A DNA stretch of 61,556 bases, the filler included, from Sphacelaria rigidula (Eukaryota): NCBI GenBank assembly GCA_964200075.2. It is 9 parts of 9 records of this genome, joined end to end, with 100 filler letters (N's around TTAATTAATTAA, not from the genome) between each part and the next. Parts side by side here need not be neighbours in the genome. Positions count along the whole stretch, not along the records: positions 6,852 to 13,602 come from CAXNAA020018256.1; positions 13,703 to 20,453 come from CAXNAA020018257.1; positions 20,554 to 27,304 come from CAXNAA020018258.1; 6 more parts are not named here. One strand, 5' to 3'. Numbering within the stretch: position 1 is the first letter of the stretch; each line of letters opens with the position of its first letter. The position numbers and the translations under genes are program-made. The notes beneath the pieces were generated by a model. It searched no databases and was not told the DNA's origin. It saw nothing but the letters and a program-made list of their open reading frames with translations. This document shows, one piece after another, positions 10,553 through 21,920 of this stretch.

Positions 10553-12911
10553 AGTTGACGCGAAATCTGCTTCGTGGCATGATCATGATCCACAGGGAAC
10601 AGTATGAAGACAGTACAGCCCGTCCAATACCAGGCCAAGACCGGAAAAAAATATCAACCGATACTAGTAGTCATGCGTCTCAGACGCCACAAGGCGGGTG
10701 GAGCAACTCAACACAAGTAACAAAACTCTACCACGCTCTGTGCTGCCTGTAACGTGTTGAAGCTTTACAATCCCTTACTTCAGTTGGCGAAGGAATGCAT
10801 ACATCGTTCTGCTAATACCACGTATCGAAGACCGGAGTCTGGAGTATCACCACTTAACCCTGTTACCACGAACCACCACCAAATGCACCCAGATGCACCA
10901 TACCACATTTGGGATTCAGAATAGCTATTTTTTCAATATACGAAACGCCTTTTGTCATGAACATGTGGATGTTGGGCATATATATATAGAAAATAGCCCC
11001 CGAGAAACCCTCACCGGTTTCGAGCCACAAGTCAAGTGTATGCGAATCACCATGTATGTCTTCGCTGAGCAGCCTTCACTTTTCGTGGGTATATGCTTTT
11101 ATGGTTTGCTGGAGGCGCGCCCTGGCAGCCGCCACCGTCGCGAATATGCGGAGAACACCATGTACACCATGTCCTCCCATCTATGCCTTCGCAGTAACCC
11201 TCGTACTTTCGGGGTTGGACTAGCACACCTCAATCATGTGTTGATCGAGCTAGCTCTTTCTTAGCGTAGCTTTCTACTGAGCTATGAGAGCTAGATGAGG
11301 TACGCATGTTCACCCTAGATGGGATATGAGAGCTTCATGAGGTACGCATGTTTGCCATGGATGAGCTACCGGACGTGGGCACCAGTCACGAAGTAGCAAC
11401 GTTTGACGTCGCAGCAGGCGCCCTCCCTGTCGCCCTCATGGTATCAGCATTCGTCGTATTATGTCGAGTAAAATGAAATGCTTGATGCGCACAAGGCGTT
11501 GCCTTTGGTACAGCTCTGATGTATTGTACCGTGCTGTACTGCCATACACTGTACTTTTAGAAACCGTAGTTCAGGCATTTTTTGGGCAAGCTTTGGAGGC
11601 TAGGATCAACGGTGGTTTATAGAAGAATTCAATTGAAAAGTGCGGCGGGAAAAAAAATCTGATGCGTCCACATCGTTTTTGCTCGTATATTGGCTATAAA
11701 TCTTGTTGACGTTTCTTAGCGCGCGGCCGGAGGGCAAAAAATGGAAAAGCTTCACCAGTGGGACACATCAATTCCCTGTAACTCGAGCTAGCTCTTTTTA
11801 GTGTAGCTCCCTATTAAGCCATGGGAGCTACATCAGCTGCGCATGCACTCCATGGGGTTGCTTTGAGCTCAGCTCACATGTAGTCCTGAAGTGGAACGCG
11901 AAGCAGAGATATCAGTAACATGCAGTAGACTGTGTTCAGTCGCGAGCGATGGCGCACTTGTTCTGTCTCTTGCCGTCGTATCCAGCCACAAGTGCACCAT
12001 ACATACTAACTCTGCACGCAATTGACTGCAGGGTCAAAACTGGTCAGGCTCCCCCGGGACCACTTTATACAGAGATGCCAAGTATCCACATCTCCATGAA
12101 AAGGCTCAATTCTGTGTTAGGGAAGACTCGATGTTTTGTGCAGAAGCGGGAAGAATTTTCCCAGATGTTTATAGTGGTTGCAGTATCTAGAAGCCATTTC
12201 AGAACACATTGACATGCAAGATTACCTGTGTGATGAACCCAGTGAGTCAGTTCAGTGTGGGAGAAGCATTAAGGCACAAGGACAGGTGCATCCACGATGA
12301 AGTGACAATAATGGTGTCTGGGTTGAAGTCGAGGTTTATGAGATCCGGGAGACGGGTGTGGTGCGACCATCAGTTGGTGACAGCATCGCGAATCGATGTT
12401 GTCAGCACTTTGCTACTTCATCTCAGCCCCCTACCGACACGAACACAGTGCAACAGTGCAGGCGGACACAGCTCAACACTATTGTTTCGAGAACTCTTCC
12501 CCTGAGATACCTACGCCATCTTTTTGTAGAAAAAATCCCAGATTTGCTCCCAGATTCGAACCCACGACCCAACGTTCAGAAGGTTTGGAGTTTACAGTAC
12601 CAAGTGAGCGACTGGGGCGACCGGCACTGCATAGGGAGATTTTGAGAGCTGTCTGTGTACCTTGGCAGACACAGGACAGTGTTTTGAACAAGTCCTGCAT
12701 GCAGCTGCTGTATTAGAGACATAGTCCTGCATACAGGGCCGTACCTATCGTGGAATGATATACAACATAAAAACTTGAGTCTACTGTAAACAAATATCAC
12801 TGTTAGAAGGTGAACTACAATAGAGAGTTTCGGAAAACGTGTTTTCAAATCCTAGAGTCAGAGTGGAAGGAAAAATAGCCGGTAACGGTGCACTTTCTGC
12901 TATGAAGTTTT

Positions 12912-13602
12912 CAAGGGTAGGTCAGGTAGAGTATACTCAATACTCAGTATTTTTGAAGTCATACTTTTAGTACACAAAATTTGAGTAGAGTATTGGAAGC
13001 CGTACTCGACGTACTCAAAATTTGAGTAGAGTATTTGAGACCATACTCGACCTAGTCAAAATTTGAGTAGAGTATTGAGGTCATACTCAAGTGATACTCT
13101 ATACTCGAGTATCACTGAGAGTGCTTACTCAATATTTGAGTAGAGTATTTGAGGTTGTACTCGACCTACTCAAAATTTGAGTAGAGTATTCGAGACCATA
13201 CTCCACCTACTCAAAATTTGAGTAGAGGTTTTGAGGCATTACTCGACCTACTCAAACCTTGAGTGGAGTATTCAGGTCATAGTCGAGTGATACTCTATAT
13301 TCAAGTATTACTGAGAGTACTTACTCGACCTACTCAAATTTTGAGTAGAGTATTGGAGGCCGTACTCGACCTACTCAAAATTTGAGTAGAGTATTGGAGG
13401 CCGTACTCGACCTACTCGAAATTTGAGTAGAGTATTTCAGGCCGTACTCAACCTACCCAAAATTTGAGTAGAGTATTTCAGGCCGTACTCAACCTACCCA
13501 AAATTTGAGTAGAGTATTTCAGGCCGTACTCGGCCTACTCAAAATTCGAGTAGAGTATTGGAGGCCGTACTCGCTCTACTCAAAATTCGAGTAGAGTATC
13601 TG
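12912..13602. repeat. Transposon end followed by a tandem array of 41-bp palindromic units (TACTCGACCTACTCAAAATTTGAGTAGAGTATTGGAGGCCG)
   Basis: Unit starts at 13322, 13363 and 13404 give a period of 41. The region starts CAAGGGTAGGTCAGGTAGAGTATACTCAA, like the TIR of the MITE at 13830. The array is truncated by the contig end. Confidence 0.9.
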
Positions 13603-13829
13603 NNNNNNNNNNNNNNNNNNNNNNNNNNNNNNNNNNNNNNNNNNNNTTAATTAATTAANNNNNNNNNNNNNNNNNNNNNNNNNNNNNNNNNNNNNNNNNN
13701 NNTGTGGGTGGAGGAGGCTGTTGAGCGTGGCGTGGAGGATGGGCGTTAAGTGGGGCGGGGTGCACTTCTAGGAGAACCTACGTGAACTTGAGGCTCGTCC
13801 ACGCAAAGGAGCACGATGGAAATTATTGG

Positions 13830-14046
13830 AGGGCAGGTCAAGTAGAGTACACTCAAATGCGGGGTATTTTGAAAGTCGTACTCAAAGTACAGAAATTGGG
13901 GACAGGGTTTTCGGGATCGCTTTCCGCTTATTTTTTTATTACGACTCCCAACACTCTACCCTACAGTAACTCTACAGTAACTTGAGTACCTCAGGTACGC
14001 CTTTCAAAATACCCCGCAATTGAGTATACTCTACTCGACCTCCCCT
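13830..14046. mobile_element. ~217-nt MITE with ~50-bp TIRs related to the 12912 element
   Basis: AGGGCAGGTCAAGTAGAGTACACTCAAATGCGGGGTATTTTGAAAG versus reverse-complemented AGGGGAGGTCGAGTAGAGTATACTCAATTGCGGGGTATTTTGAAAG. No clear TSD. Confidence 0.8.
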
Positions 14047-14600
14047 TGAAATGGGTCGTCTACGGTGCGGGGGTTCAAGACACCCATATTGGGTCACTGC
14101 GGCGAAGAACATGGGCAAATGGCCTTTTCGAGTCGAGGACACGTGGCGACGTGACCACAAACGCGAATTGGACCTCCGCCACACACGAGAGGCTGCTGCG
14201 TCGAGAACCGGTAATCGTAGAGCAATCACCTCCAACACATCAACAGCAGCTCGCGAAGAATCCGGGATGGGAATGGCCGAGAGAAATGTCTCGCTTTGTA
14301 CCCGACTAGGGATGAGTGGGGGAAGCTGGGTTAACACGGAGACGGATGTACTCATGTCTTTTTTCTACCGATTTGTAATTTTCATCCTCGGTCGGCGGAT
14401 TCTCGGTGTTCCCTGATTGTGCATTTATATCTGCTCTATTGTGCTGTGTCTTCTGGGTTACATCGTTAACGTACTTTCCTTCGTCTCTGTTCTCTTTTTT
14501 TTTCTCCATCTTTTCATGTCTTCTTTCCTGCCCGTGTATGCAAGTCACAGTTTGGTGGCTTGTCCAGGAGGGTTCATGGGTAAGAGCTCACCCTCAACAG

Positions 14601-15015
14601 TAGAGCTCGGAAGTGGTTTGTCTAACCATTAACCAGTTGAATGGTTACGCGTAGCACACTCATTAACTAGTTAAATGGTACACAATGGTTTGGTCATCGA
14701 GCGGCGCAGCAGCGAGCCCAAAAGCCCCCCTCGGCAGAGGGACCCCCGCCGGAGGCGCCCCCGGAGGGCCCCGCCGGAGGCGCCATGCGGGAGGCACGTA
14801 CTTACGTGATTTGGCTTCACTAGAGCTAAAAAAACTTGAAATTTGGGTCAACTTCCAAGGGCTGCATGTAGCATACGTAGGTGGTAACGGCTCATAAAGC
14901 CGGTAACGGTAAAAAATGGTTTGAAACCATTATCCCAAATTTTAATATAACCAATACCATTATCACCATTATAATGATAATGGCCAGTTATAACTAGTAC
15001 CATTTCCGAGCTCTA
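14601..15015. mobile_element. hAT-like MITE (TAGAGCTCGGAA...TTCCGAGCTCTA) with a GC-rich core
   Basis: 12-bp perfect inverted termini with AACCAT/ATGGTT subterminal motifs. No TSD found. Confidence 0.65.
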
Positions 15016-17974
15016 CTATTATAAACAGTGTGGCCCAAATAGATGAGCACCAATCTGTCCCCACGGATTTTTTCCTTCCTCGACAAGGGTATGAGTGCAT
15101 GTGCTCTTGCGCGAGAACTTTTCCCACCTGGAGACATGTTGCAGAAGCTGACCATTTATATAGGTTCTCGGGTTTTCTTTTCTTCTTTCGGTCTACCCTG
15201 TTTGTTCCTTCCATGCATCTGTTTTCTTGCACTATTCTTCAGCGACTGTTTCCGTTTCGTTTCACTTGGATACGTCTACCTTGTGGATAATGACCATGGT
15301 CGGATCCCTCGGGGATCAGTTAACGTGCGACAGTCAATCAATCGATCGAATCAATGTACCCGGGTATCACCCGTACCCGACAGTTCTGTAAGATCTGTGA
15401 GCTTTCACCCTGATACCAGATAGTTCTGTGAGATCCGTAAGTCTTTCATCCCGATACCGACAGTTCTGTAGTATCTGTACGAAATGATTGCCCATATTCG
15501 GGGTAAGGGTACACACCCGGGGTGGAAATATGGTTGCGGGTAAGGGTTTCCGACTTCACCAGGAGCAAAAATCCAAAGTTGTGTTCTGTAAGGTATGTGT
15601 AATGTGCCCGGAAGCGGGGGATCTTTGGTTGGCATACGAATGCCATGCTGTAACATGTACCGAACATTCCGACATGGTTCGGCAGGTTATCGAGCCCCTT
15701 CCCAACAATTCGGTATAGTCCGGAAGGACATTTACCGAAAAAATACCCATTTGACCCCTCTGTAATTACCCGAATTTCAGCTGGTATACCCTTCACAATA
15801 CCACCTTTAAAAAATCATGCAGTAGCGTGAGGTTACGAGAAAGGTCTTGGCCTTAGGGGACGACCGCTCGCGTGTAATTCGTTAATGAGCAGCAGCAGAA
15901 AGAGTTGCAGTAGTGGTAGGCCCGATCTTATGCCGACCAAATATTCGCCGATTGGATTTTATGCTGGCACGTTCGGCGCCGCACCTATTTCCCTGGATTT
16001 CGCGCTGACTTTGCCATCATGTCGCCAAACCGGCACAAAATCGGGCGGGCGAACAGAGACAATATATTCACGCGCACGAGTTTATTTCATGCCATTCATG
16101 CCTGATGCGCGGCTTCTGTACCGCTGATGGGGGTGTTGTATCATATAGTTCTGCTTGTGATGAGTGTACAGGACATGCCTTATCGAGTGCTGACTCTACC
16201 GTGCCTTGTTCTCTGCACGTTTTTTTCTCTTCATCATGCCTTTTTGTCGCACTTTGAACCCCTCCCCTTCCTCGGGGCGAGTGCGATGTCTCAAGGGATC
16301 ACCTCATCTCTATGCCGTTCACGGCTTGCATTTGGGTCTCGCGGCTTGGGGTCAGCACTCCCGCACCGCGTCAACCCTCGCCAAACAGCCTCAGTCAACT
16401 ACTTTTTTTTTCACTCACGCACTCGCGCTTTCAACCCTGGAAATCAGATATTTCGAGAACAAAAACCAACGCATCGGAGAATCGAACCCTCGTTCTCTCC
16501 ACCCTGATGGTGACAGTCGGACGATTACACCACCGGGCCGCGGAGATTAGAAGATATGACACTAAATTAGGCGGAGAACTGGTTTGTGCGAGAAGCTCAG
16601 GTGCATGTATGTGTGCAGAATGCCAAGACACCACACACTTGACTCCCCCCCCCCCCCGCGCCCCCTCCTTCTCCATGTTTCCCCCGATTTTTGAGTTTTA
16701 GGTTCACGGCTATACAGGACAGAACCTGAGGCAAACCTGCTACGACCTCCCCTGTCTAGAAAAGCACCAAGTCGTCCCGGCTTTTGGATGTAAGATTTTT
16801 CCTCTGTGTGACGTAGAACATCAACGAGTGTAAACGCACGGCTTGTCTTCACTTAATCGCAGAGGCTACGCTAGGTATGGGTCCGGAGCCGCGTCTTCTT
16901 CGTCCTCCCCGGGCCATTGCATTGGGAAATGCAGCTTGGCACGGACGGACGAGACGCGGAACATTTGGACGTTTACACAGTACAGACAGTACCCACACCA
17001 GCCGGTAAATTGGAGTTATCGACGCAAGATCGTTTTGACAACAGTACGTAGTCACTGCTTGGTCGATTAGAACTTTCCCGGAATTTAATTACTTGATTTG
17101 AGTGTGAACATCGTTATTCGGATCTTTCAGTGGAGGCTGACAGCTCCGAGTGCTGCCCAGCATGCACCGAACGCGTTTTCGTCAAAATCGGCGCCGATTC
17201 GAGGTGTGTGAACGCCAAACTTTGCCTCGGGAACACTTGCGCACCCCCCTCAGCCGAGGGCTCTCGGTATGCTTCGACTCTTCGACTTGGGATGAGAGAA
17301 GCGGTGAACACACCTCCGTGTTGAACCGTATGTATGAAAAATTATTCTCCCGAATCGGCGTCTTTGTTTCGTCGAAGCGAGGTGTTCCGCATGTACACCC
17401 TTCTCACCGATGATTCTCCTCCGCAACCCCTGCACTTACTGTTCTGGGGCTCGCAGCATCTGTATGCCTTTGCACTGTGGTGGAAACGTATCTTCGACAT
17501 CTCTTCGCACCAACAGAACTGTTTCAGCGCTTGTTGTGTGAAGTGCTCGCTTCTCGAAAACAAATGAAAGAGAGACAGACACAAGAGACAGAGAGAGAGC
17601 TTCTATAATAGTCAACATCAAACAAGACATGGTACTACTGTATCGAACTTCACGATTGGTACGATGCTTTGGGGTATGGTCTTGACTATAATTTTGCACC
17701 GTATGTTGCAACCCCAGCCCCGCAGCCACAAAAAGTAAGCAAGGGAGCTAGCGCACTAACGCTTTTCCTGAACTTCTTGTACTATTCATCACTTACCTTT
17801 CTTGCCTCCCAATGCACCGACCGCCCAGTTCCAACTGTCCCGAGTACGCTTTGTGTTTCACGGCATGCTGCACTGCGGATGAAATCGCCGACAATAATGG
17901 TTCGAACAACAAAGTGGTTCAGATTTGGTTTGGAACCAGATTTGGATGATTCGAACGGGCGCCATGTGCCATGT

Positions 17975-18475
17975 CACGAACATGTCCTTGGTGACCATGG
18001 AGGACAGGCGAGGCGAACGGACATAAGTTTCGAATATTGGTGAGATTCAGTGTACAGTTGAGGGAACAGAGTGTCCTTGTATCCTTGTTTAGCTCATTCT
18101 ATCTTACGAACACGTCCTTGGAGACCATGGAGGACAGGCGAAGACAGCGGACATAAGTTTCGAGTATCGGTGAGGTTCAGCGTAGAGTTGAGGGAACAGA
18201 GCACGGTTCGAATCACCAAATCCACGATTTCTTAGGCCTGATCGCTCGAAAGAGAAAGAAAAGTCGTCTGCTCGTCAAGAAAGTCTCGACGCTATTTTTG
18301 TGCCATCCCACGAGCCTGGCTGCGCGTACCTGGGTTGTAACGCTGAAAACAAAAGCTAAGGATTGATTCGTACGGTACGAATCAAGTACACTAAAATCAA
18401 GCAATTTTCAAACGAATCATCGATTTGTCCGACCCTTGGAACAGAGTCTCCCTTGTATCCTTGTCTAGCTCATTC
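17975..18475. repeat. ~130-bp tandem duplication whose second copy is split by a MITE
   Basis: ACGAACA.GTCCTTGG.GACCATGGAGGACAGGCGA...GAGGGAACAGAG occurs at ~17976 and ~18106. The second copy resumes at 18447. Confidence 0.85.
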
Positions 18476-18789
18476 TTTCAAAAGCCATGAAGAGATTTCA
18501 GAAATATCCCCTGAGGTGTCTGCTTGTGTGTGCCGTATCCACAGCAGTGCATACCAGAGTAGCCAGTACATGAGTAATAATACAGTTTCTTCTACTCTAT
18601 ACTGTTGTAACACTGACAAAATTCGACTTCAACGGTCGACGAGGGGAAGGGACTGCTGAGCCCCTCTCGCGATAAAAAATAAAGGCAAGCACCGCAGGAC
18701 GAAGGCGGAGAACTAATATGAACAAGAAAGGATACACAGGAACCGTAGGTAAGGTACCGTACCGAGCGTACCCCCGGTATTTACCGAGC

Positions 18790-19125
18790 TATCCCATACC
18801 GTGGTATGCGTGGGTATCGCAGGTTTGAGTTTCAAAAATACCTGATTGAGCGGGTGCGGTAGGTATTGAAATCTCGAAATACCGTGGTATCGTAGGTATC
18901 GTAGGTGTGAGTTTCGAAAATACCTGACTGAGCGGGTACGGTAGGTACTGGTATCTCGAAATACCGTGGTATCGTAGGTATCGTAGGTATGGCATTTGAA
19001 AATACCCGATTGGGCAGGTACGGTAGGTACTGGTATCTCGAGAAACCGTGGTACCGTAGGTATCGTAGTTATGACGTTTGAAAATACCCGATTTGGTCGG
19101 TATCGGTAGGGTATGGGATGTCCCA
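18790..19125. repeat. Tandem repeat, 82-bp period, about 4 units (GGTA/TACC-rich; probable subterminal repeats of a DNA transposon)
   Basis: AATACC.GA recurs at 18837, 18919, 19001 and 19083. Confidence 0.85.
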
Positions 19126-21566
19126 AATACCAGCACCAGGTACCTGCCTTATCCTCTTTACCGGTTTCAAAGCTGTCATCCGGCAGTGCGGAAAAGCGCT
19201 TCAGGGCGTGTCTCAGCACTTTTTTCCTCGATCGAAAAAATGGGGCAGTGGAATTCATTTGAGCGAAAATCGCTCATTTTCTCATTTTCAAGAGTTGGGT
19301 CCAAGCGAATTTCAAGCTTTCGATCGAAAAAAGACAGTGGAATAAGTGAAAAGGTACATGGTCACTCGTGTACAGTACCGACAGTCTGCACTGCCTGCAC
19401 TGCCTGCAAGCAGTGTCTTGTGTGTGTGTGTGTGCGTGTTTTGTACAGTAGGATTTCAAAGAGAAGCGGGCAACGTGCAGTGTAGACGGCCCAGGACTAT
19501 CAGTTCTCTCTGCTCACAATGCGACGTGAAAAACACTTCAACAACGTGCAGCTTTGTACTGCCTGCACTGTCCACAAGCGTGTACGCACCTCGGTTGCCC
19601 ACCGTACCCCGCAGTTCCGTCGCTGATCCTACCATGAAGGAAGATGCGCAAGTTTTCGCCAACAAAAAATAAAGAAAGTATACCCAATTACTGCAGGGTA
19701 TCTATTATATCCCTGTGCTCAACTCATATTCGACGCTGCAGGGTTGCGGTGGTAGCTGAGAATGAGTTGGATGAAGTTAGCATGGTTCTGTGAACGGGTG
19801 TTATCTGGCGTGGTCGTCTGCAGGATAGGAGCCAGGTGTTGCTTCGTGCCTTTCGACCGCATGTTGTCGATCGAAAAAGCTCAGTGTTATTGTTTTGTTC
19901 TTCTCCGCGCGCCACTAATTACAAGTTTGAGTTAAAGCCTTCTAAGAACAGAAATGTGGCGGGCGTATCAGATCGAGAAAAATAATTCAACCGCACTTCA
20001 GACTACATAATAATAAGTTCATTCGAACTGATCCAAACACGAAAATCAGGGGGAAGCTGGATATATATTACTTGTGAAAACAAGACGTACTTGCTTCGAC
20101 AACTTCTGGCCTTCGCGTAAGTTGGGACCAGCTGCTGCACCATGGGGAGTGCATCGCGTCCGGTATTTACCGGGTATACCCCTAATTGCCGGTCGCCCCA
20201 GTGGCTCAGTTGGTAACCTTGAAACCTTCTCACGGTTGAGTAGTGGGGATTAATTCCCGGAACTATCTGGGATTTTTCCCGACACCATGCCCAACAGTGG
20301 AGAGCGACTATGTCGTGGGTACACAAAAATTCGACTCAACGGTCGACGAGGGAAAGGAACTGCTGAATCCCTCTCGCGATATAAAATAAAGGCAAGCACC
20401 GCAGAAGGAAGGTGGGGTGCTAGAAATCAAATGAAAAAGAAAAAGCTCCAGTGNNNNNNNNNNNNNNNNNNNNNNNNNNNNNNNNNNNNNNNNNNNNTTA
20501 ATTAATTAANNNNNNNNNNNNNNNNNNNNNNNNNNNNNNNNNNNNNNNNNNNNAAGGGGCTCCTAACAATTCTAATCTCAGAAATTATTTCTGTACCCCT
20601 ACCGTAGCATCACTCACAGGAGGAAGACCAACGCAGGAGTTTTCATCTTATTCTTGTTCGAGTACTCCACCTTCTTTCTGCGGTGCTTGGCTTACTTGTT
20701 CTTTTTATCGCGAAAGGGGTTCAGCGGTTCCTTTCCCTCGTAGACCGTGAAGTCGATTTCTGTGTACCCACGACATAGTGCTCTCCACTGTTGTGTGGGG
20801 ATGGTCACTGTTGGGCACTGTGTGACTTCACCTAGATTCAAACCCACGACCCAACCGTCAGAAGGTTACGAGGTTACCAAATGAGCCACCGGGGTGACCG
20901 GCATGAGAGAGAACAAACACGCTGTACAGCCCCACGACCGCTCGTGTTTTAAGTCTTCGCGACTCCAAGGATACAGGCAGTACCTAGACGCAGTACACGT
21001 ACTGCATTTCGTGTGTGCGGCGTATATTTCACGAGAACATCTCTCGGGAGTACACCGGTAGCCAAGATTGCCATGACCAGAACGCGGCGGGCGGGCTGAG
21101 GCTGTTTGCCACCCCTAGATCGAAAGCACAGCAAGGAACGAAAGAACAAACCAAGCCGCCGTCGCCGGAAGCAGTAGGCGTGTAAATACACGTAGCAGGT
21201 GCGCAGACCGGGATGTGCTGTTGGAAGATGAACAGACGCCAGCGTTTGCTCGTATCCTGCAGCCGCACGGCAGCAAAAATCCACATCTCTCACCACCCCC
21301 CCTCTTCCCCCCTCATGATGCCAAAAGAAAATAGACGAAATAAGCCAACCGAAGAATCAACCGATGTGTGTGAACGGAGAGGCACGCCTCTTGCATTAAC
21401 GTTGGGGGGAAAAGCCAAAATACAATCGCGTTTCCAATCAGCAGAAGCAGAAGTGCAAAGAAAAAAAAGCGTCAACGTGTTGTCGCATCGTGGAACTACT
21501 ATACTCATCCATCCTTCCTGCCGTCACCGACAGGGTCCTGAAGTATGCGGTGTACGTACAGCACGG

Positions 21567-21920
21567 TCAAGCTTTCTTGCTTTGTGCGGACAAGGCGGAG
21601 GAGATTGAGGCGCCGCCTTTTCGAATGAGCGGCTTTGGCCTGGTTTTGAATATTGTCTTGTTCGTTATCTTCCCCACAATTTGGTATTGCACCCGATCTT
21701 GCTTTTGCTCTCTTCGCCGTATTCGCTGTGCATGTTGCGCCGCATCCTCTCCACCGCTACCGCCCTTGCTGCCCCCCGCTATCATCCCATCACCACCATC
21801 GCCACGATGATCATCGTCGTCGTCTGGCAAGAAGACCTTTCGCAAAACCAGGAGAGGCTTAGGTTCGGAGACCACCTTTCCCTCGAGCTTGTGATTGCCA
21901 ATCACCAGCGACGGCTTGCC
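21567..21920 (-). CDS. CTF8: Terminal exon of chromosome transmission fidelity protein 8 (Ctf18-RFC subunit)
   Basis: GKPSLVIGNHKLEGKVVSEPKPLLVLRK...YQIVGKITNKTIFKTRPKPL matches the Ctf8 IGxHxLxGK and FKxRPKP motifs. CAG| acceptor at 21921-21923, TGA at 21567. The 5' exon was not identified. Confidence 0.85.
   Translation of the reverse strand, partial: GKPSLVIGNHKLEGKVVSEPKPLLVLRKVFLPDDDDDHRGDGGDGMIAGGSKGGSGGEDAAQHAQRIRRREQKQDRVQYQIVGKITNKTIFKTRPKPLIRKGGASISSALSAQSKKA

Noticed and set aside
10854..12040. piggyBac-like element starting TTAA|CCCTGTTACC
   Set aside because: No convincing right TIR followed by TTAA was found.
12960..13602. CRISPR array
   Set aside because: The variable parts are only ~10 nt and are variants of one another rather than unique spacers. 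There are no cas genes, the context is eukaryotic, and the array is attached to a TIR.
17441..17553. Possible minus-strand exon in contig 3 (also ~20091-20134)
   Set aside because: The splice signals are plausible, but there is no recognisable homology or in-phase partner.
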